This document shows positions 49,201 to 64,000 of a DNA stretch of 64,000 bases, in pieces. The translations under genes and the position numbers were made by a program. Position 1 is the first letter of the stretch, and every line of letters begins with the position of its first letter. The notes beneath the pieces are model-generated. The model saw only the letters and a program-made list of their open reading frames with translations. It searched no databases and was not told where the DNA came from. Source of the stretch: Balanoglossus misakiensis (Eukaryota; Animalia; Hemichordata); contig CM082586.2 of the NCBI GenBank assembly GCA_040954595.2, forward strand, positions 1,053,630 through 1,117,629. The letters are read 5' to 3'.

Positions 49201-52200
49201 GTATAGAACCTGTAATTTGAAGCCATCGATTGACAACCATTATATGACTCATCTCTACTGCGTGGATGTCTCCTCTTCAGAATGCTTCTCAAGATGATCA
49301 AGTGAAAACGTTTGGAATGTTACGCTGAAAATTTCCCTGAAAATTTGGCAGGTTTACGTCGCGAGCATTGATTGTACCTTGAGACAAGACATTCCCATTA
49401 ACGTCACTGACTGACCTGTATTACGACCAGCCATGATGTTTAACGAGCAGTTTGTGAGAATATGAGACCTAGACCTTTAATCATGACAGAGCTGAAAAAA
49501 ATATGAACTGCTGCAGGCCCAATATCAAGTTTTATTTTAGGTATTTAATTTTAAAAAGCGCTGTATCCCATTAAAGCGCTTTCTATTGATTTGCCGCGGT
49601 GGTTTAAATTGAACTTGACAACTTGCCAAATTGAAATGTCGCCTTGACCTTGAGCAATTTGTTGTCTTTAATAAGTATCGTGTTTATTTTGCACCAGTGT
49701 GTATCACCTTCATGACATCCGGTGTTGCTGCAGTTGCATTGTGTGTCTCAGCAGTGATATTGCATTGCGGAAAATTAAATAGGGTTTAAGTACGAGATGA
49801 AATGGTTTATTAATGTCAATATTGGTCATTTTAATGTAGAGCAATAATTAATAATTGATGTGCATGTCAATTGTATTGTTAGTCGACAACGTAAAGCAGT
49901 TGTTTTCTCACGTTCAATAAAGACTGATGCCATGGAATGAATTTTAAAGAAATGTTTTGCTTTGTTGAGATGAATCTTTATTTACATGGACATTGTTTTG
50001 AAAACTGATTCATACTAGGTGATGCTTGTAGTCTTCTTAAAAATTATACAGTTTTTGAAAACAACTACCGTGAAAGTCAATCAAGAAATTAGATTTGTTT
50101 GAAGTGTAGGTAGGTGTAATTCTTGTGAAGTATGTGTAAAGATGTAGAAATCTGACAATTTGCACTGAAGTGGATTGTACATGTAGTCAGTGTGAATTGT
50201 CAGTTTAATAAGCCACTACTACTAGATAGGACCATTAATATTCATGCTTTAAAGATAAACAGATAGGCCTATGATAGATGATCTTGGTAGTGATGGAAAT
50301 GATGATAAATTTGACAATTTGATGATTTTGTAAACTGATAGATGTGAATTTTGTGACTGTACTGCAAAGAAGGTTTGTCACCGAGCATTTGCTCGTTTTG
50401 AGTATGTGACAATCACATCGCTACTTTATGAAGTGGTACTTCACAACTTAGCACTGCCGGTATTCTTCATTAAAATTTTCCGCAGTCCAGCACCACCCCT
50501 GGATGGCGGTGATGATGATGGATAATAATTGTGGACATTCCTTTCATTCTGAGAGCAACAGAGTGTCAAACTGGACACAGGAGGAGGCTGAGAGTTATCG
50601 GTTTACATGTCAGCCTTTGCGTGCTTAAAGCCCCAATAACTGCCATTTGTGCATTTTTCGTGATACATGTACTTTTTACTTTCAAACTGAAAATGGTACA
50701 TTTAAATGCGCTTTAATGATAGGTGTATGCATAAAGATATCATCAATCTCTGATTGTGGCTTTACATTTAAAGGAGAACTAGTTTAATAATAAATGGGTG
50801 CTGCACCAGTTTATTCAGCCTCACATTGCAAGACTACACAACTATCGCGGTATACGCACATAGATATTAGAATCTCCACTCGTCTGTTGACTTCTGATAT
50901 GTTGAAGTATTGCTTCTGTTACAATATGCCAAAAGTAGCAACTATTGGAGCTTTAAAGGGTCGTCGTTTTTTAGTCGAACATTAATTGAGAAAGATGAGA
51001 CTGCAATGCAGGTGTATAACCCCAAACAAGTATACAGCAAGAAAGAGAAAAATGATACATAACTTGAGAGAGATTCACCCTGAATACAAAATAAATCCTG
51101 TGCTTGTAAATCTATGTCACTCGAACATGCATTCGGAAATGCCAGAGTAAAGTACCATTTAATCCGTGGATTTCCCTTCGGAGGAAACTGATCAAAGAGT
51201 TGTAATACAGATAGTTTTTTAAGTGGAGCATCGTGACCACCTTGAGGCAGCTGTCAAGAAGAGTTGTTGCTAAATTAAATTTTTTGCTGAAGGTGTATTA
51301 GAAAATTAGGTGCATTATCATTGGTCCATTTAAACGTTGAAGTAACAATTGTTGTAGCAAGTTCAGTGTGATACTTATTTGCGACATCAAAATGTTATCA
51401 GTACTGCGCGCTAGATTATTTTCATGTGATTTTACGTTGTTATCAGAATGAAATTATTGCTTGCCAAGATAAATGAAATGAAATTGATCAGCATTGAATT
51501 TTAATAACTGCAAGTGTGAAGGGCGCATGATCCCTGAGGGATTTTTGTGTGACGAGTGTGTGGAAGGAAATGGAGTTTGGTAATTTGATTGAATCAATAC
51601 ATTTTGGTGTGTACGCCATGGGCAATCAGGGTCTTGTACAGTTGAACAAACATGTTTGCCTGGAGTGTTCAGGTGTCCACGTACATGTAACTGCTTGACG
51701 GTTAATTTCATCAGTGACCGGGAGATTGGAACATTAGAATTCTGTGCAGTGTTTCCAATCGGCATTATACAGCTGTAGTAGTTAAAGACGTTAAGATTTC
51801 TTTACACTCCGTAAATCGTACTTTTATGGTTCTGTAAACTAACACGATAGTTTGTTGTAATGCAGCGTAAAATGTTTGATTACTGAGTCGTTGTGCTTTT
51901 ATCAGAACAAGTCGTATCAGTGGAGAATATCACTTATCAGTACAATTGTTTACTTTACATCATTTTTATCAAAATCGTTTGAAATTATTCCACATAGTGA
52001 AACATGATGAGTCATCTCAGGTATTACTTTCGTCTCACACCTTGCCTGTTCATACATTCATAAAAGTTTGATGATGTCATCACTTACTGTCAACTTTGTT
52101 ATCAAAGTACAAACATCTCAATATACCTGAATACAGGTGTTTAACATTTAGTATCAGTGAGCAGAATAAATTCAGTCTATAACTTTCCATGTGTATGAAA

Positions 52201-55200
52201 AGTAGACATTATTGTCCCTTTACTCCAAGTAAGCTCATCCTTAATGTTTCAGTTTCTCAAAGTGAAAAGGCATTTCCATTTCATTTTCCCCCGTGCTCAG
52301 TTGCTTTTAGTACTATTTGACTTTTGACCCACGAGCACGGGGGACCCAGTACACACTATGGTGAGAATATGTTTGTATTTCTGTAACTTTACTATGCTAG
52401 TGGTCTCGGGCTGCTTAGGTTTTTTGAGACACAATGTATCCTCATCATATTGTGCGAGTGTGTACATTGATACCGAATAACCTAGATATTAATTGACAAT
52501 TCCAGCCCCAGCAAGACTGCATGCGACCGTACGTGACGGGATTTAGTCATGTCACTCTGGTTTGCCGATACTTTGATTTCTGTGGGCCTCGAACCGATTG
52601 TCCTGCTGATGTGTCGTAACATGGCGAAACCAAGCGACGTACGTCCTCCACTGTGGCACCTGCACGGGGTAAGGACGTAATCATTTTCTATCGACTTTTT
52701 AAGAGTTTGGCTTTATCCGTAATTCACAAGCTCGTAAAGTTTACAAGTTTACGTGGAAAAAAGAGAACGGTTATATATTTGCTTCCAACTGCCTAACAGC
52801 CCTCAGAAGCATTGGATACATGATCACTGACTGGAATGCTTTAGCCGGCATTTCTCCCATCAGGATTTTATTAAAATGCTCAGGGCATACAGTTGCTTTA
52901 TACAGCTTGAGATATTTGACCACAAATGCTGTTATACGGAATTTTGCATACTTCATCACTTTGTTTTCACATATTAGTGTGCATGTCTCATTTTTACGGC
53001 TTAAAGGAAAACGCAACACCTTGTTTTATTGCTTTGAATTTTATAGTTATGTGGTCTATTCGTGGTCATCTTAGAGTTTCCATGGTGACAGACATGATTA
53101 TCCTAAATTGGAGACAACTTAAATTTGGCCTGATGGGTGCAAATGTCATATTGTTGACAGTTAGCTGAACTTTCTGCTAATATCTATAGAATATTGCCCC
53201 CTTGAGGTTTGTACGTTTGAGTCAACTGTAGCAAATCTGAGAAACTTGGACAAAATTGAATGTGAGATGTAGAAAATTGAAAGGTACATGAGTTATGCCG
53301 AATGGTTGGGTGTCACATTCTGTACATATGAGAGCGGTGCAGAGGGTCACATTGATTCAGCTTTCAATCAAGACACTTGTAGGCCTTCTGGGAAATCAGC
53401 AACTTGTTCAAATAATTGCATTGTTGCTGTCCGTTTGTTGTGAACACATCAAGATTCGCGGCGTATCGCTCGCTTTAATTCTACCGATCAATAACACGTA
53501 CACCCTCGATACGCACGAGTCCGCGCTCGGACATATTTCGCTGATGAAAGGAATACAGTGTACTATTCGTGTTGCAGACAGAATTGAATTCTATACAGAT
53601 GTTTTCACTGGAGAAGTGGATAGTCGGATGTCTCTGTCGGTATCAAGTTGTGTCAGTTTTAAAAGAAAAGTTCATCGAGTGACCAGACTCGCAAATTGAA
53701 TTAACCTTTAATCCTTGACCTGCAGTGCACTGTGCAGCAGTAGGCTATGACATTTTTTATTTGTTCTCTGGTACATTGTATATCCTTGGGACATATCAAA
53801 ACTTACATGTACGTACTGCTACAGCTATAACAGGTGAATTAAGAACCCCCTCCCCCCAAAAAAGAGAAAATCACTTTAAATTTATCTGTGGTATGAGAAA
53901 GCCTAGGAATTCTGAAAAGTACATCAGTTTAATGGTCATGTTTAGTAGTCACATCCATGCATTGTCGTAAAACAGATTCTGCCAACTTTACGACGATTTG
54001 AATTTTTTGTAGGCGTCCTGACAGGTGCGCCAGCTTGTCACCGGAGCGTGTCGTAACATTTAATGGCCGCCGTGCGATTCCACGTTCTGCCAGGATCACT
54101 GCATTCATATATAACTGTGTGAATTTTCAATGGGATTTTTCCCTTTCCCCCTGGTTCTTTGGTCCGTTGATTTTTATGGAACTGTAAAAATGAGCGACAC
54201 TGATGCGAGAAATATCAGCATGTAGTTCGTGCATGCAAATTAATCCATGCAGGATTGATCATTATACATGATGTTCTATTTTTGTTATTTGCATTTTGTA
54301 TTACTGAATAACCAGAATATATTTTTAGAATTAGAAACATCTAGATATATATGCATCATATTTATTATACATTTGAATACTGGCTGTTTCATTGTGGAAT
54401 TAGAGAATAATGCAAAAGAGGAAAATGGTACAAAAATGACCCAAAAATTAAAATTGCAGAATGAGAGCTATGTAGGCTACTCTCCTATAAACTGTCCAGA
54501 AATTGACAGATACCCTTCTTTAATGGCAGGTATTGTCAGCGTGCAATTGAATTGAATGATGGGCAGAAAATTCATGTCTCAAATTACAATCTTAAAAGCT
54601 ATTCATTCTTTGAAGACAGAGTCTGTGTGGGTGACATCAATAGCACTTGTAATATTCCCCGAGGATAATTTTGTAGAGACTTATGTTGTTTGCGATGTCA
54701 TCTTGAGGGATATTCTAACCATCTACCTGCCAATCATCTTGAATTGATGCTAAAAATCCCAATATTCAGCCCGGAAGGAATCACTACTGACAGAAAGATA
54801 AGTACCATTGAAATACAATTTGCTAATGAATTTAATGCTCATCAAAGATAAGATGTTTTCGTAGACATCTGCCATTGATAATATGAAACATGATAGATTG
54901 CCCTGAGAAAGTTTATTATTTGTTTCAAACTGCAATATGTTGTCTTCCTACTGATAATATGCCATAGATACTGCATCCCGTAATTATCTAAGTGGGTAGA
55001 AGCTCTACAGTAATGTTGTATTAAAGTTTATAAGCCTCGAGTTATCAGGAAATCTTTACATGGAACGTTTCCCCCATGGGGAAAACAATTTGCAACATTT
55101 GCAGAATGAATTAGAGACCTACATTTGTATCTGGTTGACAATTCTGTCAATTCCCTTGTGTGCTTTCGATTCTTCTTAGAGAACCCCTATTGGCGTGCTT

Positions 55201-58200
55201 TAATCAGAATGTTTACGCCAGTGACAGTGTCTTTAGACTATAATTAGTATTTTACAGTCCGTGTTGGCTGAATATTCGCCCACGACAAGCGTTTATACCT
55301 TGGACCGGAAATGGTTGTGAGTTATGGGAGAAAAAAGACATCAGCCAGCCATGAAAACAGAACTCACAGATATGATTGAAATGATTAATTAATTAGTAAT
55401 GAGTTGGAATTCACTGTGACTCAATTAAACGAGAGTTTGCTAATGGATTTGACTAGCAGGAAGCAAGACATCGGCCGTTGGCACATGCAGTCATCCTGCT
55501 GGCAAAACATTCAGTTATGTTTGTTAATGTGTTTTTTTCTCTGGCGCTCATTCAGATTTTCAAAAGGGATGTGATTAATTCAATTGTCGCAGCCAGCTTG
55601 CTTTGCTTGTCATCCAGTCGTGATGCAGTGAGTGATTGACTGGTATTTGCATTGGCAAAATTGCCATAAAATGTGTGAGCCAGCTCTTGTGCTTTTGTGA
55701 GTGGGGAATTAATTGAGACAGTTTGATCGTGATTTCGTTGTAGCGTGAAATATTGAAGTATGTGTATTGTCTGGATGTTTTCCCCATCGATCATATTTTG
55801 ACGGGTTTGCTCTGTGGTTGGGCTGTGGTGTCCATTACGAACTCCTACTATTGCGATTTTTTTGAAGGTCTGTTTTCACTTTCGGCCAGGGGTAAGACTA
55901 AAGGAGAGAGAGTCTGCAATAACTAGTAGCAGTGAGTGGAATAAAAAGAAGGTTTCAACTCCACATACAAGTCAAATTTATATAATGCTCCAAACCAACG
56001 CTGACAATTTACCCATCAATAGCGCCCCCTGGAGTCCAATCCTAAGATATAACGCACGTTCTTTTGCCGACTGTACAATGCAGACATCATTACTTACATC
56101 AAAAGGTTAAAATATAAGTTATTGCATCAAGTGAAGTGTCAAGACAAGCTGGCACCAGAGTGTTGGCCTTGTAGTGTTCTTTCACAACTCTGAAATGAAA
56201 TCGAGGACAACCAATGTCATAAGGGCACCTGAAGATCATGTTTTATCTTTAATGACTTTTAGTTCAGAAAACTGCCATGAGTCTGCTGCCCTCGCATGAT
56301 GTTTAAATGTCCAGTCAAGCCTGTATCGCCAAGAAAATGAATGAGTGTTTATGCAAGTGGTTACCTATCAAAGTAATATTTGCTGTACTTTGTGAAAAAC
56401 ATTAAAAGAAACCGTTCATCAAACTGGAACACTTAAGAGAACCAATCTTACTTCAGGAAGCAACAGCATACGTTGCAAAACCTTTCTGCGGCATACAAAC
56501 TATTTTTCCTTTGAAGTTTCAAATCAGATGAGGTATAACTCAGACCTTCAGGGCTGTGAAATTCTGAGAATGTTTCTAGTTGTTCAGTGTAGGATTACGT
56601 GTTTGAAATTTTCAGTATTCAGATTAAATGGAAGGAAAGCAGTCTGTAATCCCGCTGTGATTTCTTTGAAGATCTGAGGGAGAGCTTTGACGCACCTGTG
56701 CGATAATTTGCCTGTCGTAAACAACACTTATCATCCACAGGAGTTGATTGTAGTTTGCAATGGAAGAAAACAGCTGCAAAATAAAATGATTGCGACAGAT
56801 CTCGACTGCCTTGGCAAACGGTTTGTTGTTGATATCGTAGTCTCACGTACATGAATTGTGGATATCATGCACGCTGTACAGTTGCACACGAACCTTGGAA
56901 AAAGAAATGACACTAGTTACTATTGAGTTGGCAAATGACAAGAAAACTGCTCTTATATGAAAACACTTTTTATTGATCTAGAAACAAACAGGCATTTGCC
57001 AGCATTGTCGCTGAAAAATGGAAATGTATTTTAAAAGCACAAAGGCGTACTTTTGTGCCGTATGGTGTCGAAAGGAGGTGTGGATATCATTGATATTGTT
57101 GCTGTAATTGGGGAATGGTCCGTTGGGCATATCCTTGTCTCCCAGTGAATTCATGCATGTATGGTAAAATTACACAGCGCCTGAGGGCAAATGTGTGCGT
57201 GTTTTTTTCATCACCCTGCTACTGTATGTAGATGCTTGAAGGGCATTCTGGGTTGCAAATAGAACATTAACCTTTTGAGCACAACAATTTTTCGGTCAAA
57301 ATGTGGTGGAACATTTTTATCATTTTCATTAATTTTTCCCTTGTTCAGTGGCTGGTTTTCATATCATTTCTCTGGGCAACCTGTGATTTTAAAAATTTGT
57401 TTGTTATCATAAGGTCTGAAAGTGATAGACTGTAAATCAACACCGACTATTTTCGTCACTTGTGTATGCGCACATCGCTAAAAATATCTACATGTTGAAA
57501 ATAAAATTTCATTTTGCATATTCATCATGTGCCAAGGTCAATTGGAGTTGTTCCAGTTTCCAAAAAAAGATTGACCTACCAGTATGTGCGCGATACATTA
57601 CACGTTACAGCAACAGTGAAATGAATTTCTACATTTTATGTGAAACTAGAAGAAATTTGACAGATCTGCATAATTGAGTTTGACAGTATGAAACTGCTTT
57701 GGAATGTCCCTCACATTAACCTAATTTGTGGGACTTGGTTTTTAATAACCAATACCAGCAATGTATTTTCTAGTCACAATAGAATAGATTGCTACCTGCA
57801 ACCGATTACCAGCGAGGAGGCGATTTCACTCAGTGTAATCAAGCAGCATTGATTAATTGCAAATTTGGTCCTAATGATTTTGTACTTTTTTTCTTTTCTT
57901 TCTGTTTTTTGGAGCATGGTTCAGAAATGGAATTTGTGCAGATTTAGGGTAAATTTACATATCACAACGAGGTGAACATGTCTGAACCATTTGACTACGA
58001 CAGGTGACACGCATAATCAAATTTGCTCGATAAAGTACGATACGACAAGGGGAGAGGCTTGTTGGGAGTCTCGCGCTTTGAAGTACACCGCCTCTGTGAT
58101 GAATGGATATTGAAGTGACATGAATTTGAAGCAGGTGGTCTTTTTTTCGATATTTACGTAGCTGCTCTGTTCGTATTTATTGAATCTCCAACGAGCAGGA

Positions 58201-61200
58201 AATGTGTGGGTAATTTAAGAAATACACCGACATGGAGACCGCAGGAAATTAAAAAGCGGCCGTTCATTCGGAATGTCAAGATCACTCCCCCCACTGATAT
58301 CATTGGCGTGGAGAATTTGCCCGAGTGTGGGTGAAATTGACTGGAAACCTGACTTCTGATTGCTGGGCTAGAGGAGATTGATGGTTGATCGGTGGGGCTC
58401 CCAAGCACAGCCGCGTCTCTATGTCAACATGGCAGTCTGGCACAGAGTTAAAGGGTCCAGTTATTACTACGACGACTGATAGATATTAGTACACGTACAC
58501 ACACGAGTCCACTTCAGAGACTCTATGCATGAATATCGTATAAGTTTACTTTGGCCAACAGCACGCAAATGAATCTGGGATCGCAGGAGACCAAGCGAGA
58601 TACTCGGCTGATGTTTGGATAAAAAAAAGGCAAAATAAGTGATGTAGATGCTGGGTCGGGCTTTCCCCCCTGAAAGCCAGATCTAGATGTTTGCTCTGCA
58701 TCGATGGATAGTTTTCCTGGCAGGATGGATATTGACAATCGGCACGCTTGGCGCAGAGGTGGATTACGGGTGGGTAGCTTTGTACTTGATATTCCACACC
58801 AGATGCACAGTTTGAGAGAAAGTGGGTGACCAACTTTCACCCAACAGTTGCCATGGAAACTCCAACTATAAATGTAGCAAATTTCACATGCTGTGTGACG
58901 TCAGTTTGTGAATGGTATTCTCAAATGGTTGTTTATACTTTTTTTAAATTTTAGTTATTTAAATCAAACAAAAAAATAATGATTCCAAAAAGTAACCACT
59001 GCCTACTTGAAATCAATACCACAAAATTTTCCATTTATTTTCGCCATTGGTAAAGCGATATTGTTGTCGTGTTCTAATTTACCTTTAATAGCAGGGATCA
59101 TTTCACAAATGTAGATGTAATGCTTCTAATATAAATGTACTTTTACGGATTCAAATTCCATCTGGAATAGTTGTGAGGCGAAGAATGTACAGATCAATTC
59201 TCTAACACCACCATTAATAACAGTATCCCTGTGTAGGTAATTCCAACATTGGTCGGCTTGGCGGCAAATTCAGCTCAATGCACAGTAATGAAAATTTACA
59301 GCACCCTGAGCTTCATCAAATTAATCAATCATCAAACGATGATTAAAAGATGGTGAATTAAGTCTGCAATAATTTGTAGGAGGTATCACTGAACCAGAGC
59401 GAGATTTCACAGACTTATATTAAACACTGTACATGATGAACAATTGATAAACATGTAGTTCCAATGAAAGCTTACAATAATACATATTGATGTACGAGTA
59501 GAAAGGTTTAACATACTTATAATGTGACGAGTAACCACTTTTCTATTGATTGCACGTTAATCAAATCTTGTCTAAATGGTCTCACCATCTGGAACTAAAA
59601 TTATACTTGTAATCTACCTTTCTAATAAAAAAGAAGTTAATGATGACTTACGCTGAGGGCATTTGAAATGACCGACGTAGATACGTCAAATCTGATTAGA
59701 GCTCTTTATGGAGAATGAATTGCAGTAATTTGGTCTTGTCTGCAGGAAGAATAGAAATGTGTAGTGATCCATGTATAATCTGGCATTGTAGTCATGATGT
59801 GATTTCTTTGATCAGATATTGTGTTGAAAACGCGGGCAGCCAGGCAGTGTTGTGCATTTTGTCATGTTCACACAGTGGACATACTAGAAACACATTGAGA
59901 TACTGGCAGATTTTGTAGTCCGACACTTATAACGCCCCTCCCCCATACCCTTATAGTTATTTGGTTTCATAACGTGCTACAGAAATTGGTCTTGTATAAA
60001 AACTTTCAATATGGTGTCCAGTGTTTACCCGAGAATTTGCCATGATTTGTTTTCACATGCATTTGTATGAAAACAAACTGACAATGGTGACCAACAACTG
60101 AGGTAAATGACACTTCATCATGTTTGTCTGCTGTTTGAGACATTCCACTACTTAGCTTTCCAGTTTCAAAACATCTCAGGTTTCCAACTCGTGTATATCA
60201 CATCAAAATTATAGCTGTACTTTCTGAGTGTGAGCATGATTTTGATTTCATGAGAATGACCTTTGACAAAAGTTGGCCATTATATGACGCCAACAATTAG
60301 CAGGGGGGATAGGGCTTTGATGACCATCTTCTCAGCATACGTTGTACAGTAAGTTGAACCAACATGATTTGATGTCAGTTTGCATACTCAGTTTTGCATG
60401 CAACATTTGCACCATGGCTGAGTATGTTGCCGTGCCTGTTATTTGTCCAAGTATTTATTTTTTCATGGCAAGATGACGCTAAATATTACTTCAGTTAAAC
60501 AAAAATTTGTGTATTACATTTCTGCTCGTAAAGTTTTATGTTGCTGCAACGGGAGCCTTATAGTTTATACAAATGTCAACATCAGTATGCACGTCTATTT
60601 ACATTAACATACACGCCAACTGTTATCATGGCCACTTGTCTCGCCATAGTTGTCAATGAATCCCTGAAAGTAAAATTTATACCGCTATGTTGTTCATTCC
60701 GAGTAATAAAAATAAAATTAGCCGCATTTGGAGATTGCTTATTCAAAGCTCAAATATTTACCAATTTTAGATGAGATGATACGATCATCTTCACAGAAGC
60801 TCAAATTTGATTAGATGCTAGTAGCTTCAAATTGCTGAACGTGAATTTTCTGAATTAAGTATAATCAGTATTAAATTTGGAATCATAGTCATAGAAATGC
60901 ATATTACATCGGCATTGAAAATGTTAACAATTATCTGGCTTGAACTCGGAATTGCAACGTTTAATAACAGACGCTTTGTTAATCTGCCGATTCCTTTTTC
61001 AATTGCTGCTTCTCATCCGTCTTTCTGTTAATCTTCATTCTTCAATCATATTTTCTTCAGTAAATTCATTATTTTTCATGTAGGAAATAATTCTCATGTG
61101 GTATTATGATTTTCTGGTTTTTCGTAATTAAGAAAACGTGGGCCGACCTATCTGTGAGGTCACTCGAACCCCACAGCATCTTTGCAATTTGTAAGGGATG

Positions 61201-64000
61201 AAACATACAGTAACTATTGGTTGGTGTTCAGTTTACCACCCTCGTATCATCGTTGCATCTGTGGGAGGTTGGAGTGTTACTCGGCAAAGCTTCCAGCCCT
61301 GACGTTCTCGCATATTGAACGGTTTTTAGTGTGTGTAGGTGTCAGTGGGTGAAACAGATGTGTTACTTCAGTGTAGGGCACTTTTAAAAGGGTGAGAAAT
61401 CATGTTACGGCTATCATTCAACCTGTCTGTTCTGCTGGATGCATTCATGGTGTCTGGGGATTGCCTTTAAAAAGGGGTCATGAACAGTGACATTCTTGGC
61501 GTTGCACCGGGCAACAAGACACTGTATAGCATGATACTTTGTGTGATTTAATGGGCGAATCATGTTAAATCACTCACTTTGATCAATAAATCACAGTATA
61601 TGCTCTGCAATTTTAGGCTCTGTGTTGATCTAATATAATAGCAAATATAAACTGCCAACACTGCAGTTTTCACAGTGCTCTTTGAGTTCTTTGTATCGTA
61701 ACCCATGACGGTGTGAGTGTGGGTCACATCAGGTCAGTGAAATTTGTAGTTTACCCGTGCAGCTCAACTGTGTACAGTAATTATTTGCCTGTACTTTTGA
61801 TGTAATTACAGAAGTAGAGAACATTGTACAAACACAAGTATTTGATTCTGTGGGAATGTGTGTGGTGTAGTACAACCCATCTCTTAAAATTTCTGAGAGA
61901 CCAGCATTCCTGTGGAATTAAGTGCCAAACAGCAAGTTAGTCTGTGCTCCTGAAATTCGCCATCCTCCGCTATGCCTGAAATGTGACCCCTGACCTCGCT
62001 GTACCGTAACTATAGTCAGTACGCTGTCTCCTGGGGCCTAGTGAAACAACACAGCTTAAGAGAGCATGATTAAACTAACAAGACTTCTCCGGAGAGATGG
62101 TGAAACTGAAAATAAAAATTTTGCTACATTGAGTAGCTCAATACAGTGAGTGTTCAATATTTAAAGAACATAGACAGTGTTTCCTGTGTTTTATTGCCAT
62201 TCAGTATTTATGTTAACACGCGACAATTTATCTGGCTCTTGTTGTGAGGTTTTTAAAATGCACTTTCCAAGGTGATAGATTTATACCCAAGGGCGGTTGC
62301 GGAGCAGTCAGGCCATCAGGATCAGTGATGGAGAAAGTAATTCTTAGTGCGAAAGTGCCAAATTCGCTACAGTGGTCCCGTAAATCCATCTGGTTGAACT
62401 TCATTCTTGAGTATCGTCTTTTGTTGGACTCTCAAAAGAGAGAGAGAGACGCGAGATGTGGATTGAATGCAGAAAGAAATCGTCAGAGCAAAACCTCCCC
62501 AGGGCAGAACATTTGTATAAGCTTGTTGAGTGGGATTGTGACAGTGTTTTATTCGTCTGGCCAGGAGACTGAAAAAGAATTCCCTGGAGAGCATTGTCTC
62601 GTCTGCTAGCTGCTACCTTCTGTTAGAGTGACTGCCTGACACTTTGGATGCATTTCAGAGATGTATCCTGGTGTTCCAGAAGAATAGCATCCATGTCCCA
62701 TGTGGCATCTCAAGAATGCAGGAAAGCTGATCCTTTTTATAGTATAGTGTTGACAAATATTCAAGGAAACTGTACAATTGCAAAATGTTGATGAGAACAC
62801 TCAGAAGCTGCAAATGGGCAAATATTGATAATATCGACATGAGATATACACTATTGAGTGATGGCTGGTCCCACTACACAGCGTGACTATAGTAACAGAT
62901 ACATCAGACTATAATTAAAATTTATCACAGTTCCAACTCCTTTCTTGGAACTTTGGGTATTGGTTAGGTGTCTCAAACATTCTTGTGTCTCTACCCATGA
63001 TGCCCCATGTCACCTGCTAAGAGTGTGGTTTGCAAAGCATGTCTGTCACCTCGTCACTTGGGGAGAATTGGTCAGTGATGGATCAGGTGTGCATGCCTCT
63101 ATGGAAATATGATGAGGAAGACATTGGCTGATTTTAACATTGTCCTGACTGTACAACAACTTCTGGCAGTCATGCGAGAATTTGAAAACTTCAGAAATAA
63201 TTGCAAATCCTTGTATCATGCAATAAGTAATTAGTACACTGAAATCTGGCTAATCAACCCAGATCTCTGTTGGATTGGCAGGGATTAAAAAGATCTCAGA
63301 AGATCCAGGTATGATTGGTCTGGTTTTTGATGTGATATTAGCCCACTAGTACCAGTATACCAATTACAAAAAGCTCTTGTCGGCATGAGCTTCACGCAAA
63401 GGTTCATCTTTTCTGGCGGCACTTTGTCAGTAAATGTATCATTTCCGTGGCAACAACAAACAGATAAAAGCCGAAATTGTAATTTATTTAAGAACTGATT
63501 ACGGCGCAAGATGACAACAATGAACCATTGATCCTGAGATAATGAGAAATAAATCCGGCCGTGTAAGGAAACCTTATCTTGGGTTTGCTTTCAGTGAATG
63601 TTATAATGACAGTTTGAAAATGATGATCTTTGTGATGTACCGGAACCAAGTCTTACTGAATCATGCAAGCTGTGCCATCTGCTTTAGTGTATATATTTTA
63701 TTCATGTCAATTTGCCAATGTTTTGAGGCAAGGTCTGTTGGGTTTGCAGATTTAAGCTTTGCACCATCTGTACTGAGATTTGTAGAGAATGGAAAGTTCA
63801 TTCAACCTCTCATTTTTCACCACTTTTGATGATTAATTCATTTCTTTGGAATAGTTTGTCTCAAATAATAGGAAACAAGGGATTTACTATGTTTTCATGA
63901 AAACTTAACTATTAAGGTAATTACCGAATCAACCAGGGTTTGGCAGCCACCATGCATTTTCATGTCAAATTCTCGTCACTTAGAATTGCATATATCTACA

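Noticed and set aside
62244-62609. ORF containing GDRFIP, resembling the Cdc20/Cdh1 C-box
   Set aside because: Lacks the conserved Arg and any WD40 context, and the rest does not look coding. Probably chance.
38000-64000. Many 60-130 aa ORFs; search for tRNA, rRNA or intact transposon ORFs
   Set aside because: The ORFs have random-like composition with no domains or exon chains. No tRNA cloverleaf, rRNA, reverse transcriptase or transposase motifs were recognised. Degenerate repeats are likely present but need a repeat library to call.

Overview
This is intron-rich animal genomic DNA with GT-AG introns. It is probably a marine invertebrate deuterostome such as a hemichordate or echinoderm, but that is inferred from gene content only. 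Reading splice sites and checking phases by hand gives five complete gene models in the first 37.4 kb: (1) a GASK1/FAM198-family Golgi kinase-like gene on the minus strand; (2) a single-pass membrane protein with an EYS-N-terminal-like domain and 2 EGF repeats; (3) a GPI-type Ly6/uPAR three-finger protein; (4) a 24-exon, ~1271-aa type II membrane mosaic protein with a cytoplasmic FDNPxY motif, TM, SEA (GSVVV), 4 thyroglobulin type-1 repeats, 11 LDLa repeats, a C-terminal Frizzled CRD and no protease domain; (5) TMEM18 on the minus strand. An unassigned coding-like ORF/exon lies at 3.5-4.35 kb. The last ~26 kb has no convincing coding exons and looks like the long 5' intronic region of a + strand gene transcribed divergently from TMEM18. 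The most unusual elements are the mosaic receptor and the compact three-gene cell-surface cluster it belongs to. No database searches could be run, so all novelty claims are provisional.
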